From Trichoplax adhaerens (Eukaryota > Animalia > Placozoa): DNA of 64,000 nucleotides. Positions within the stretch are counted from its first letter, which is position 1. The number at the start of each line of letters is the position of its first letter. The translations under genes were made by a program, and so were the position numbers. The notes under the pieces were generated by a model that was not told where the DNA came from, did not search any database, and was given only the letters and a program-made list of their open reading frames with translations. The stretch covers positions 1,932,297 to 1,996,296 of the forward strand of contig NW_002060951.1 of NCBI RefSeq assembly GCF_000150275.1. The letters are read 5' to 3'. Shown here in pieces: positions 26,133 through 40,233 of the stretch.

Positions 26133-28918
26133 TCACAAAAAATAATCAGCTTGCGGTTTTTTCGCGGGAATACCCCTTGATTCCTATTATAAGATAAACA
26201 AGCAACATTAATCATGTTTACTATTCTAGAAATCATTACTCTATCTATAGAATATACAGTAAAAGTAGTACCTGCGGAGCGGCTTCAAAAATCATGAAAT
26301 TAGTTTGTAAATTTTCATCTAATCCAAGAATTGCTGCTACATTGCCGCATCTAATGTTTAATAATGTTGATTAATCATAGATACAAAATCAGTTGCAAAA
26401 ACACAATGAAATAACTTAGCTAAGTACCTGTAACAGTAATTTGGAGCAGACCAAACGGTAAGTACAGTCTCATTGAAGTGCCATTTGTAGCCTTCCATTA
26501 CTAACTGGTGGGCTCGACATATCATATCGAGCTTGTTTGTAATATTAAACTAATTAAATAAAGAATGATAATCCCTTAATAATTTAAAGGGCAATATTAC
26601 ATTATCTAACATTCTCGCAAGATCTATACCTGCTTTACTACATCACTACCAAAGAGATATCCAGCTCCACGAGGGCTAATGGCCCACCCTTCAATTTCTG
26701 TTAACCAATCAGTTTAATTTTATTAGAAATATGTAAGTTAAAATATTAGATAACCTGATATTGACATTTTAAGGTTTACCTTCAGGATCGGACCATAGCA
26801 AATCACACATCGGCCCATCGTGAGGAACTTCTTGTTTACGATCTATAGTTCGGATCTAAAGTGATGGATATATATTCACGATAAAGAGATTATCATAATA
26901 TAACTTTACAAACTTTATTAACCAATCATATTAAATAAAATAATCGATTAATTTGACAAACCTCGTCTAAAGTTCTAATCGAAGGAGATAATCCACCGTG
27001 GACACAGAAGATCTAAAATTAAGTAGAAAGGTAACAAGTTTTCAGATTTTACCGTAGTATAAGAAATATGATAGCCTTCAATTACAATAAATTACGCCAG
27101 TAATCGATTCACGGCACTATTAATACAGTCCTTCTGTATATTGCCAACCTTGTCATCGATAATAGCTGATAAACTTAAATAATCGAAAATTTCGGTACAA
27201 TATTTCCAAACGGTAATAGAACCATATTTTCTGAGACATTCATCATAAAAACCGTATACCTTTAAGATACACAAATAACCACAATCAATGGCAATTAAAG
27301 ACATCGACCATATCTTGGTAGTTATACTACATTTTAAGATGCCAAATTAGCAAATAAAGCAATACTGTATTATCGAATGCTGACTTATACGTACTTGCGT
27401 AATTTGTCTGCTTTCGTGGTTGCCACGTATGAGGGTAATACGATCCGGATAACGAACCTATTAAGTTAGAGCAACTTTATCGTTAAAGTTGATTTAATTA
27501 TACTTCCATGAACTTTCATGAAGTCATGATATTAATTGCTGTTTGAGATCTTCATATTAAGTCACTAATAACCTTAAGTGCAAGCAATAAAAGAAAAGTT
27601 TCTACGCTATAAAATCCTCGATCAACGAAATCTCCCATAAATAAGTAATTTGTATCTGGAACGTCTCCTCCAACCTGCAAATTGCGTTCATCAATCAAAC
27701 AAGGTCGTCATTAAAACTACATATATTCATTATCAATCAAGACTTTAAATAAATATACCATTAACCCAGCCTGACTTACTTTAAATAATTCTTTTAGATC
27801 ATAAAATTGCCCATGAATGTCACCACATAGCTACATAGGTATATTAACAGTCGCAATTTAGTAACATCTAACATCTGTATAACTATATCCTTTAAACATG
27901 ATACAATATTAAACAATAATATTTTAATAGCTGCTACTGCACACCCTAAAGGTGATTAAGTCCTAAAGAAAAATATGTGCAAAACAGCTCACATTCACAT
28001 GTACAAAAACTCTAGTCTTACCGTTACAGGTGCATCGACCTTCTGGACATTACTCTCTTCTGCTAAGATTTCCCTACGTAACGTTACATAGTAAAAAAAG
28101 GGCATATTTAGAAGACAGTCGAAGAATCTATCGTAATATTCTTTCAAATAGTGAGCATATCATAAGGTATTTATCTTGCGATACAAGAGTAAATTAACAA
28201 CATAAGTCATCATCATTAACCATAAGGCAGTAATTGGCATCAGTGCTGCCAATAGATGCGATTATTATAATCTATTTGGACTTAAAGTTTATAAATATTA
28301 CAAATATATAAAATGAGGATGCACATTTGCAGTACATTTGACAAATAAGATCTGACTTACTTAGCTTTGGAACATAACGCTTTGACTTCACTCTCAGATA
28401 TAGTTTCGCAGAGTTTTAACTGCTCAATTTGTCTATATCAAAACACCATTATACAGTAGTGCATTACGATAAGATACCTTACATTCAACAACAGTATCAT
28501 ATTTTACAATTGCCACTACCAATACTTTTGCACACATTTACAGGTAAAAGAACTTTCTTTAAACGTTGAAGGTTCGCGTATCATATATATATATATATAT
28601 ATAATTATAACTAATTATTAGCATAAGCATCAACGATCGACACAACATATCCTAATCGCAGCCCGCCTACTGCACTATCTTCGCCTAAATTAGAACAATT
28701 TAATACACCCTAACGCGCATAGCACTATACGTACGTTAAACTGATATCAAAATTTTTTTACCAAGAAATTATAAAAAGGTGCTACAGCATAGCGCCAAAT
28801 CGTGACTTAATCATTAAAGCGCCTACCTTTGTATCAGCAGTCACAAAATAGTGTACTAGTACAATACGTAAAATGCAATTTCGTCAACTTACCTATCAAG
28901 ATCGCTGTAATCCATCAT
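26133..28918 (-). CDS. PPP4C: Serine/threonine protein phosphatase 4 catalytic subunit, 13 coding exons, 307 aa
   Basis: Exons: 28918-28893, 28432-28361, 28073-28022, 27830-27780, 27674-27573, 27457-27395, 27259-27149, 27012-26962, 26855-26780, 26697-26630, 26549-26428, 26350-26272, 26183-26133. Total 924 nt, all introns GT-AG. Contains [25 protein letters not shown], the PP4-type [15 protein letters not shown] and [24 protein letters not shown], and the C-terminal ADYFL. Confidence 0.97.
28583..28602. repeat. (AT)10 microsatellite in a PPP4C intron
   Basis: Read directly from the sequence. Confidence 0.85.
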
Positions 28919-30636
28919 TATGGATAAGTTTTATTTCTTATTCTAGGGAACAAATCTATGGCACTAAAGTAAAAGGAACGACATAATATCCAATTAAAAG
29001 CATTGATAAGGCATGCATCACTAGGAATGTGCATCTTAATGATGAAGAATATGAATAAAATTAAAATATAAATTAAATTTAATTTAATTTATATACAGTC
29101 AATCAATAATTATAGTACAACTGCTAATAGGGCTCAATATTCGGTTAAGCTTCATACCGTACACAAGCACTGAAAAACGTACTATACTTGTCGAAAAAAT
29201 GACTAGAAATATGGCGATGGTTTTTAATTTAATTTCATTTAATCAAATGATATTAATTTTTTTTTGTTACTGCAATGATGTAGACGGATGGGCGAATGGA
29301 CTTGTCAATCAAAACCCGGCCGGGCCTTAGAAAGAAACGACACAGTACTGTACTATGTTGTAAGTGCACACGAAACACGGCCATGCTGTGCATAGGTTCC
29401 CTTCAAGAGTTCCAGTAGTCTTTGATATAAATCATAAATGAAATTACAGCAATTGATGTTTCATATTTTCAACGTTTTAATTCGCTTTTAACCAATGAAA
29501 TCATACAGTAAATTAGCAGCTACTGTGCAATGTTTTTTCTACAGTAATATCATCAACATCGGGTCCTAAGAAGTTACAGTTTTTCTTTTACCTCCATGGT
29601 TGTCAGTGACTTCAAGCATGATATTTAAGGATAGCAAAAATGTGAAATTGAAGGTTACAAAATATGAATTGAACTATAGTAGTAATGATTCATAAACATA
29701 CGACGCTACTTACAGTAGTCGGCACATAACTGAATATTTATTTAGGCAATCTATTCTAAGGTTACAGACTTAGCAAAAATTACATAGCGCTAGTCGGATG
29801 AATGAAGAGTTTACAAATTTAAGACTTGCTGAAAAGGTAAGTTGGATCAATTTGATCCGGTAAGTTACCCAAAAAAGAGAAGTGAATCAATGAAAAGCTA
29901 CGATATCGATGCAACATGATTCGGATTGATAATTAATTATATATATATGAAATCAAACGGTGCAATGAAATGCGGTAAATCATTTAAGTCTTAAACAGAT
30001 GAGCAAGCACTAACTGTACCATATTTTCCGTACTGTAGGGAGATTAAGGTTCATAGTACTGTACAGTACAGTATTGATATTGTCACTAGCAGTTATTCGT
30101 TGTGCTACATGCCCGATCCCTATGCGCTAGGGGCCCACTGAACTATACTTTCATTAGCAATCTCTGTTCATACACATAGGTGTAGAGGCTCAGCTTAAAT
30201 ACCACTTTACTAATACTCCGTATTGAATATCTTACTATAATATTGTTTTGAAACGGTGCGTAAGGGGTACGTTTGTTTTCGTACTTGTCAAGGTTATTGA
30301 CAGATTCGTCTCCTTTCTCATTAAGATTGATGACGGTGGATATAATTTACGTAAACTCATTAGTCGAAGTCAACAGCAAGTAATAATAGGAATAAGCTAA
30401 GTTTAACTTTCGCATAGGGTCTTTGCAGGATCTGAAACGCCGTAATCGAGTAAATTCAGCTCGAAAAATTAGTGTTGCACAGTAACAAGATAGATGTGTC
30501 AAGAGCCTCAGAAGCATGCAGTGCAGCTGTATAGAATCTTCGAATTCTTTGATTACTGTACAACAACAGCAAGAATCTGAACATACACCAAACATCAAAA
30601 TAAAATTTCGATAAATTAAAATTACTAATTACTCAC

Positions 30637-30730
30637 CTGCTTCCGCTCGCTATTTCGGTCAGTCCAGCAGATCGAATCGTGCAGGATAACACTGTGTGAA
30701 GACTTTTGTGACAATGCTTTACGAACTAGC
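30637..30730 (-). promoter_or_regulatory. Probable non-coding first (5' UTR) exon of PPP4C; upstream boundary approximate
   Basis: Strong minus-strand donor GAAGCAG|GTGAGT at 30636. A matching acceptor (tttgttccctag) precedes position 28942, 24 nt upstream of the ATG. The exon is locally GC-richer and abuts the first GTACW island. Confidence 0.6.
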
Positions 30731-31374
30731 ACACTTTTTACTGTACAGTACAGTACAGTACAGTACAGTATCTGTCCGCACATCCGATAGAGGTAAGAGA
30801 ATCTCGTATTGTACAGTACAGTACTGTACGTTATACTGTACTGTACAGTACACTGTAGTGTCATTAAATCTCATTATTTTACAGTACAGTACACTGTACT
30901 GTACGGTACATTGTAAATGTAATGTACTGTACTGTACAGTAGAATTGCGTAGTCAGCAATACTGTACTGTACTGTACTGTACTAGTACTGTACAGTACAG
31001 TAAAACTGTTAATTCTATTTTAATAATTTTCCCTAAATAAAACAGGGTTGCGTCATTGCCTCTTCAAAAATAACACCGTATAGATATGCATTTGAGTATT
31101 TCTTTCTTTTATATTCCTGTATGAAACCATACAATATCTCCTGTATCGACACTGTCATTGCTATCACCATGATCTATTATTTACTAAAAAAAACTTTCGT
31201 GAGCTGGCGCGTTAATACAGCACAGTACAGTACTGTATGTTGTCTGTAGTAGATCTATACTGTGCGTCGCTTCAGCCACAGCCTTACAAGGGGTCTTCTC
31301 TACAGTACTGTACAGTGTACAGCAGAATTCATTTCTACTTAACAAACAGAAACCATGATGCCGTACTGTACAGT

Positions 31375-31629
31375 CAGAGACTACTCGAAAGAAGAGAAAG
31401 GGACGGGCCCGAAAGCTACAAAAAATGAGAAGGCCGACTTTTTTAGCCTTCATTTTACAATACGCTACGGCTGTAGCCGTACACCGCATTGTGCAAAACC
31501 AACCTGGCAGATCATTTGGAGCACGATCGTGCACAGTAGAGACCCCTCTCTATAGTGTACAGTATAGGATTACTGATGGTCGGTACAGCTGAAATGGCCA
31601 GCTTTCTCTTTTCTTTCGAGTAGTCCCTG
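31375..31629. mobile_element. MITE-like element with terminal inverted repeats (CAG[A/G]GACTACTCGAAAGAA end)
   Basis: The left arm CAGAGACTACTCGAAAGAAGAGAAAG (31375-31400) is the near-perfect reverse complement of CTTTCTCTTTTCTTTCGAGTAGTCCCTG (31602-31629). Flanked on both sides by GTACAGT (31368-31374 and 31630-31636). Confidence 0.7.
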
Positions 31630-31636
31630 GTACAGT

Positions 31637-32013
31637 CATGGACTACTAGAAAAAATACCTGGACTAGAAACTCCTTTGGACGGACAGACATTTGGCCTTA
31701 TTTGGTCAATAAATTGTGTCCAACACTTCATTATGACCGTAGTATGCAGACAGTCGATTCTGAATTGACTGATTTTTCTGAATTAAGTAATGTTAGATAG
31801 CATTCTATTACCTGTTACTAAGCTCTGTTTAGAAGAAATAAATTTAGATCATGAATGCTATTCAAATTAATACAAGTCATTTAGAAAACAGACACGGAAG
31901 ATCTATACTGAGTAAATAAATAAATAATATTATTTTTCCATATTTTCGGCCTTATCTGGTATGAAAGTCCGTCCATCCGAGGAGTGTTTCCAGTCCCAGT
32001 ATTTTTTCTAGTA
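31637..32013. mobile_element. Second MITE-like element, directly adjacent to the first
   Basis: Starts CATGGACTACTAGAAAAAATACCTGGACTAGAAACTCCTTTGGACGGAC. The right arm GTCCGTCCATCCGAGGAGTGTTTCCAGTCCCAGTATTTTTTCTAGTA (~31967-32013) is its imperfect reverse complement. Confidence 0.7.
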
Positions 32014-32714
32014 CTGTACAGTACTAGCTGAAGCACTGTACTGTACAGTACTATATATAAATGTGCCTCTGTAAGTAATTAATTAATTAAATTAAATTAA
32101 ATTAACTGTAAAAATTCTTATCATTATAATTATCTATTTTAATCAATATATAACTATGTATAATTAATTTTATGAAACGTGAACAGAAAATAACAAGAAA
32201 TAAAATAAAGTAAATAAATTATTTATGGAATACAGCTTGGTCCCATTAAGTGTTCCACAATGCGGATAAGTAATACAATATACGAGTCCATGCCTTTATG
32301 TGCATACACTAACTATTTTTTATCCGCTCATCAAGTACAGCACAATGATACGCAGGATACAATATATTCCGATGGGTATTTACTGTTACTTAATACTGAC
32401 TGTTGTGTATTTCAATTTTTACCATTTTCTATTCTCTTGACGTTGTTTCATTTAGAATGCGTACATTTGCAAAATTATAGAAATATATTATCAGTAGTTT
32501 ATAACTGTACCTTTTTGAATAAAGTAACGTCCACGCACTACCCTACTAGCGGAAGGCTATTCGATGTTTCTTGAATAGTATTTAGTTACTTAAACTTTAG
32601 CAAATAAATTTTTAAAAACTACAGTATACTATAGGTTAAATAAAATTAAAATTAAATTACCTTTCGATAGCCTTCTGTCGAAGGCAAGAATAGATCAGAA
32701 AATATAAATTGAAG

Positions 32715-35700
32715 ATGGGGAATTGCCATACTACTGGTCCCAATGAGGCTCTCGTGGTGTCAGGTCAGTACATTATCAGTCTCTGTAACGTTGTGAACAT
32801 GATAATTACATACACGTATAATAATTAGTACAATTATTATAAACTGTAAGTTAACCAGTTACGTTCATTTTAGCAATCTATGAACTTCTTCAAAAATTTA
32901 TAGTTAACTACAACATACTTTAATGTTCGTACGTATTTACCATGAGCAGTACGTCCAGTTTATATTTTAAATAGTTTATAGTAGATTTGTTAATATTCAG
33001 TTACTGCCTTATGCTTGGTAAAATATACTGTATAGTTTTACTATCGCAGTACGTGTATATACTGTATTTTTAATTTTATCTGACTAAAATCAATAAATAA
33101 AAATTACTCCGTTCTCATCAAATCACGCAAACATTACAGTTTTAACAAGTTACTGTATAATAAATAAATAAATAACATAATTAACACACGACCGTTTGTA
33201 GTTAATCGTATATATTTTACAGAATAATATACAGTATGGAACAAATTAAATTATTATGGAGTAGCGCCACTGTTGGTGCAGTATCTATTCGGATCAAATC
33301 GACTTAATTATGTTAATAATGTCAATATCTTTCTTTATCGATTTGCCTCGTTGCTAGGTGCTTGTTGCGGTTCAGGAGAGAAGAGATATGTTCATGGTGG
33401 CTGGGCTTGGGCTTGGTGTGGTATTACCGATGTTCAAAGGTATACACCACAATGTAACCTTTGTTTTTAATATTCACTTTTAGCAATAGCGATAATTTAT
33501 ATTTATAAATATAAATTTTGTCCAAGATTCTTACGTACTATGCTATGGTAGACAGCAGCCTAACCATCTATGTGAGCACAAATGTTTCCATTAGCGACTA
33601 CGAATACGCTATTTGTAAACTAATTGTTCCATTACGATTGGCATCGTTCGGTTGTATATCTTATAAGAGATTTCCCGCCGATGCTTAGTAACTAAAAATC
33701 TGTCTAGAATGATATTGATAAAGATATTGATAAAGTTCACTTACCAATAACGTTCATTCCGTAGCTCTAAAACTTCGCTAAATAAATATTAAAGCGGGGA
33801 CGAGAGAATGTGAATACTAAAATATTTCGGCAAGAATTATAATTTCTTGTCAGATTTACTTTATTACATAAATCGATTCGTTCACTAAACCTACTTATGA
33901 CCTTAATTTTAAATCATTATAGGTGGTCGTAATACAGAGAAGCAATGGATCCAGTAAGGATTCATTCTACTTTATATTAGACCAGTCTATAAATCATAGT
34001 TGATTTCATATGATCGATTGTTTACTTATGAATGAAGCGTGTCTGCTATTATAGTTTTAAATTTCATTTCACTGTGATGTACCAGTTCGTCAAATATTAC
34101 CAGTCACTCCTTTTCAATATTCTTTTTATTAGTAATAGTTTATTTTGTAATAAGATTACAATTATACGGGTGGCAATATGTAGTTTAATTATCCTAATGT
34201 AATCAATCTCCTTTGTCATATCCAATATTTCAGTGTAAAGCATTTGATGCCATCAGATCCTATAATCGCATGATTTATTGATTTTTTCTGTCATTTCATC
34301 GAACCGCATAACTACTGCAATTGAACTGATTCCAGATTCTATGCAAATAAAGCAGATGATATATGCTCGTATTGAAAGATACCACTGTACTTACGTGTAT
34401 ATCTTCCCATCTACTACTTATCCTCTATTTTCCCTCCCATTCCCCATTACATAATTTTGGTCGGCCTTTATTCCCTCCCTAAGTTATCTAAGTAAATGTA
34501 GTTTGACTGTATCCTTTTAACAACGGCTTACGAAACTGGTTTACTTTATATACATAAATTGCACCGTAATTTACAGACGAAGTATCGCAAGATTCCACCG
34601 TTAATAGTACCGGACTTATCAAGGCTTCCGTTTTATTCGATCATTGGCCAACCATTACAGTATTGCACTTTAATTCGTTAATTAGACATACGAATATGAG
34701 TATCACAGTATTGTAAAATCTCGTTCTATAGATCCTGAAGAACTATATGTAATCATTGACATCATACCAGTACTATTGTGTGCTATAGAGATTTCTAAGT
34801 TATATTTATTTTCCAAAGACTATTTATATCACATCATAACTGACTATAAATGTCTAAACGCGTACAACCATATTACCGTCTGCTTTTAGTATTTTATTAC
34901 AGTGCTTTGCTTTATTTACAACTCCTTTTATAAAGTAAGCGATTATTGTAATCAACTGAAATTACTACATAGATCTAATCAAATAGCTATATCAGTAATT
35001 AGGATATATTCCCTAGTAACCATTTTATAATGCAGTAATTTGGTAACTACTAAGATAAAAGGAGAATGCATAAAATTTAATATTATCTGTATGTTAAGTT
35101 TATTACTTAATTTAAAGGATCTCTCTGAATGTTATGACTCTAAATCCGCTCTGTGAGAGCGTTGAAACGGCTGAAGGAGTCGCTCTTACTGTAACCTCGG
35201 TTACACAATGTAAAATCATGACAGGCGATCTGTTGCCTATTGCCTGTGAGCAATTTCTTGGGAGAAATACAGAAGATATTGAAAACATTATTCTACAAAC
35301 TCTAGAAGGTCACTTGAGATCAATTTTGGGTAAGCCTTTTACGTTGCGATATATAATACAATCAGCGATAAAAATTGAGAATCGCATGAACTATTTTGAT
35401 TACGCACACATGTCCGGTATACGGTTGTATCAATTTAGTTCATGTTAAGACTTTGCATTGTAATACAATCAGCGCTAAAAATTGAGAACCATGAAAACTA
35501 CTTTTAAATGTATCCAGAATACAGTACTGATAATTTCCTTTCATAACTTCCGACATATAGGCACTTTAACAGTCGAAGAAGTATACAAAGATCGCGATCG
35601 ATTTGCCACTCTTGTACGTGAAGTGGCTTCTCCTGATGTTGGTAGAATGGGTATCGAAATCCTCAGTTTTACTATTAAGGACATTATGGATAAAGTAGAT

Positions 35701-37607
35701 TATTTAAACTCTCTTGGAAAATCACAAACAGCAGTTGTTAAGCGCGATGCCGATATCGGAGTTGCTGAAGCGAATCGTGATGCTGGAATTAGAGTATGTT
35801 TACTTTATAAAACCGTTATAAACTAGTAAGATTTAACCAAATTTGGCTTTAAACATGCAGTTTCCATAAAACAAGTACAGTTTAGAGCCACGTGTTATAC
35901 TTATGGTGATTGCTTAGAGTTGTATAACCTCTGCCGATATAATTTATATACATCGAAAGTTTATAGTATATTAATAATTGTTTGATATTCGCTAATATTA
36001 AATAAATCTTGTCATATTGCTTATGATAATTCAGAAAGCAGAGGCTGAAAGAGTTAGAATGGATGTTAGGTACACTGCCGATACCAATATCGCTGATTCT
36101 CGCCGTGAATACGAAATGGCTAAAGCTGCATTTGATCAGGAAATAAATAGTATTGTATGTATGACATCGACGAATGCGTTATCAGCTTTGAAACGTAAAA
36201 TACGATTGCTGAGGCATTAAAGTAACAAATTCGCCTTAATATTATTGAAACTAATGCAATTTTGAATTATATAGAGAGCCGAAGCAGAATTATCATATGA
36301 GTTACAGGTACCCTAATTGTATCAAACGTACTATTTTCAGTAAATATGATAACATATGCTACCGTCACAAGAATTATATATTTTACTATTAAAGCTATAA
36401 AGATATAAAGAAAAAAATTTAAATACTTTCACGTATGATAGATACTTCATCAGACTCAAACATACAACTAATGCACTATTATTTAGTGTGCAAGAATTAA
36501 ACAGAAGATCCGTAGCGAAGAAATTCAAATTGAAGTAGTAGAGAGGCGAAAAGAGATTGATATCGAAGAGAAGGAAATCCTTAGGAAAGATAAGGAGCTT
36601 ATTGCTACTGTAAAGAGGCCAGCAGAAGCAGAAAGTTTTAAAGTAGAAACAATTGCAGAAGGCCGTCGGTACTGTCTATACTGTCAACCTTAATGATAGT
36701 ATTTACTTAATAAAATATTTTTATATCTTCTATATGATAGTGATTCTAAGCTATAGACCTAAATACGCTCTATGCAAAATGTTTTATAATTGAATACTAA
36801 GACACTTAATTTAATTATTAAACAAAATATTATATTAGTGCAGAGACTGTGGCTATAGCTCAAGCAGAAGCTATGAAGATTAAGGTAAATCGTGCGATTT
36901 CATTTTAATACTGTTATCTTATTTTGGCACACGAAAAATGTTGTTACTACACATCTAGCTTGTAATCTCTACGCCTATGTATCCATAATCACTACTATAA
37001 AATAGTATCACGACTACTACAGGCCATAGGTTCAGCGGAAGCTACTGCCATTGAAGCAATCGGCAAAGCTGAAGCTGAAAGAATGAGACAGAAAGCCGCA
37101 GCATATAAAAAGTATGGAGATGCTGCTTTAGTTAGTTTGGTTCTTGAGGCACTACCAACGGTAATGCACAAGCAATACAGATTGCGTGAAATGATGGTTC
37201 GATAGCAATTCAATATCTAATATTCCCGTACCGTGCGGCTTTTAGTATGATCTTGATTAATTTTAGACCATATCAATCATCACTAAACTATGTATATGTT
37301 TTTATTATTAAATATAATTATATCAGATTGCAGCAGAAATCACTGCTCCTCTATCAAAGACAGAAGACATCGTTATTTTAGGCGGAAAAGACGGTAGTAT
37401 TAGAAACGAAATAACTAACTTGGTAGGACAATTACCGCCAGCTGTGCAGGCACTAACTGGAGTCAATATTTCAAAGGTATTGATGATTACTAACTATGTG
37501 CTTTGAAAATTAGAGCCTAGAAATCGGCTCTTTATATGACTATAACTAGTAAGTTTCACTTTAAATTATAGGCCGTAGCCAAGATCCCTGGAGCTCAAAT
37601 AATGTAA
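32715..37607 (+). CDS. FLOT2: Flotillin-2 (reggie-1) paralog A, 11 exons, 426 aa
   Basis: Exons: 32715-32763, 33358-33439, 35118-35329, 35561-35793, 36035-36154, 36275-36307, 36487-36668, 36839-36884, 37023-37160, 37327-37476, 37572-37607 (1281 nt). The N-terminus [22 protein letters not shown] has the FLOT2-type G2 myristoylation site and C4/C19/C20. SPFH domain ([30 protein letters not shown]) followed by an AEA coiled coil. Confidence 0.96.
35354..35488 (+). repeat. Short direct repeat in FLOT2a intron 3
   Basis: TAATACAATCAGCG[A/C]TAAAAATTGAGAA occurs at 35354 and 35461 (28 bp, one mismatch, 107-bp period). Confidence 0.8.
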
Positions 37608-38899
37608 CGACCAGACAATTATTGGTTCAGTTGTTTACTATAACTACGAAGTATTAAATACATTTTACGAAGTTTTCTATCGTAATTTGAGCGCTATCAT
37701 TTCATCGCAGTATATGCGATTATTCACAGTGCAATTTCGGTTCTTGTGCAAGTTAATAATATATATTTAATCATATACCCATAAGTTACTATAAATTTAA
37801 ATATAAATATTAACCGCTCGGTTAATTCAATACATGCAAATTGCATATGAAGCCACATTAATTTCAGGCATTATACGGTACGAAATAATGCGGCGAGTAA
37901 AATATAAACATAAGGGAAGACCGATATTAGAAAATGCCTGTGCGGGTATATCCATCAGTATACCTGTACGCGTATACGTACGGTACGCCAATGTGATAAA
38001 TTATAACTGGTGCTTGGCTAATATTGGCCACCTATTCCAAGTATCATAGAGAATAGTAAAATCAATATCTCTAGAAAATATTCTATAAATCACTTAATTC
38101 GTAAGAAGATGTTTCGGAATCTGTACAACATTATCGATAATGTATTGCTGCAAACTTTTCAACTTTGTAGCTATTCCCTGATAACTAGTTCCAGTCCGAT
38201 TTAATACAGGAGCAGTATCTATGATTCTAAAGTCATACCGGTACGTAATGCTATGACTTTTCACTATCGTAATATACTGATACTGGTAAAATATTACATC
38301 TGTTTGATCTATACATTGCCCGGGCAATCTGTATATTACCAACTTACAGTATAGATCTAATCTTCAGGAGTTCTAGTAGCCTATGGTATTACTTTCCCTG
38401 TACTTTAAATACTTTGAATAATAAAAATTTGGCTAATTATAATTATAAAGTAACTGCAATACCAGGAACTACTCAAGTAAAAATGCTACCCCTTTTCTAC
38501 CGTAGTCGTCTGTCTACATTCTCTAATCCCTTTCTCTAATCTACTCCTCTCTGTTGCGATATAATCCCCGGTAATACGTTCACATCAGGGACCTTCATTT
38601 GTACTTTTTCGAATCTATTATTAATTATCGTACTCTGCTGATTACTGTAGCTACAGTATACGTTACATGTACACTAATGTGAATACACTATCTTAAATTA
38701 TATCCAAATTAACCCCAAAATAAATAAAATACAATACTGTACAGCAATATTATTTTCGTATAAGATATTTTAATAAAAGTATAAATAACATGTATTGCTA
38801 TCTATATATAACAATTTCTATATATACTGTACGTTAACTCAAAAGATTATGTCGGTATAAACTACTGCATTAGCTCGTAAGTTTTAGTTATAATTTTCC

Positions 38900-40100
38900 T
38901 AGCTACTGTAAAGTACCGTACAGTATCTAAAACGAAATTAAAGACGCCCTACAGTACTGTACTGTACTGTACAGTATGCTATGTATGATACCTAATAGCT
39001 TTGTCGTCATAGCTACACGGGTCCCTAGCAACGAACAGACATGATGGGAACGAGTGGACGGTACAAAAAAAAATCCTGCCTGCGATTGATATCCCGCTGC
39101 TAACGCGATACTAACTTGGTTTTGTGCAGTACGATACACGGTGCTATTGGTACCATACAGTACAGTATAGTAGAATTCGACGGAAAAATGATAGGCCTCC
39201 GCATTATTTTGCACTGACGGCCACTTTACGTCGATCTTTCTTTGCTTTAGTAGTCCCTGACCGCATACAGCATTGCAGTATTCCGTCAGTAGTAAAGACT
39301 CAGTTGCGTATCATTACGTACGATTACGAAAGTTGTATATTCAATACAGTATAATAAAATTATCCTGGAGTTAATGATGATCATAGCAGGGACTACTAAA
39401 AGAAGAAAGAAACGGGACTGCCAGCGGTTGTTGACTAATAAATAATTATATTATATTCATTTTTTTTTGCGCCGGGATAATTTTTGGTCACGCTGTACAA
39501 TATGTAAATATGGACGCTTACTTTTCTGGTCATTCTACAGTACTGTAAAGCCTAAGGTAGTGTACACTCACTGTACAGTACTGTACAATACTGTACAGTA
39601 TAACGTTAAGGTTAAACATGCTGTACAGTCCAGGACTGTACTGTATCATCAACAACGCTGCAGCGCAGTACAGTACAGTACCATGTGTTACAGTACATGT
39701 TGTATCGTACGGTACACTGTACACTGTACAGTACAATAGGCAACTGTCGGACCCAACCCTGGGCGTTCCCTTTCGATCTGAAAAGTTAGCACGATTACAG
39801 CATATTGTACAGTACTGTACATGTATAATGTACAGTACTGTTAAAACAGCACAAAAGAAGTTCTGCTGTACTGTACGAGTGTACGTGTCTATCATGCGGG
39901 CAAGCGCATTAATCAAGGTGTACCTTGTACAGCACAGTAGTTTGCATGTGAGTTCGAGTTTACCACCTTTTTTGTTTATGTACAGTATAGTATTGTTACT
40001 GTACTGTATAGGATATGATACAGTACAGTATATCATACTGTATCCCGCAACGTACTTGACTTGGTGAACATTATTGTATATGTCACGTTTACTGTACTGT
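38900..40100. repeat. GTAC[A/T] pentamer island 2, immediately upstream of FLOT2b
   Basis: Runs at 38950-38976 and dense clusters at 39533-40100, ending about 135 bp before the ATG at 40234. Confidence 0.9.
39235..39416. mobile_element. Two solo termini of the same CAGGGACTACT family, in tail-to-head orientation
   Basis: Right-type end CTTTCTTTGCTTTAGTAGTCCCTG ending at 39259. Left-type end CAGGGACTACTAAAAGAAGAAAGAAACGGG starting at 39387. Confidence 0.55.
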
Positions 40101-40233
40101 ATATTGCACGCGTATATGTATATCTGATGCACAGAGAAGAATTTTGCAGTAGTACTTCTTTTCACGTAGTGCGAATCCGGAATCTGTGAGAACGAAGTGA
40201 AGAGAAGTCGTAGCATCATTAAGTTGAAAGAAA

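Larger units (their letters stand above)
30739..32052. repeat. GTAC[A/T] (TACAG/TACTG) pentamer island 1, in the divergent PPP4C/FLOT2a intergenic region
   Basis: For example TACTG(TACAG)5TA at 30739-30770, dense mixed runs to ~31005, and further clusters at 31216-31375 and 32011-32052. Confidence 0.92.

Noticed and set aside
26133-28918. PP2A or PP6 catalytic subunit
   Set aside because: Diagnostic segments ([24 protein letters not shown]-terminal ADYFL, 307 aa) match PP4.
30625-31555. Overlapping ORFs rich in Y/S/T/V/Q/C on both strands
   Set aside because: These are translations of the stop-free GTACW pentamer repeat, with no protein motifs or splice support.
39467-40219. 229-aa minus-strand ORF and overlapping plus-strand ORFs
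   Set aside because: Same repeat artefact (YSTVQ/CTVLY periodicity); they lie in the FLOT2b promoter island.
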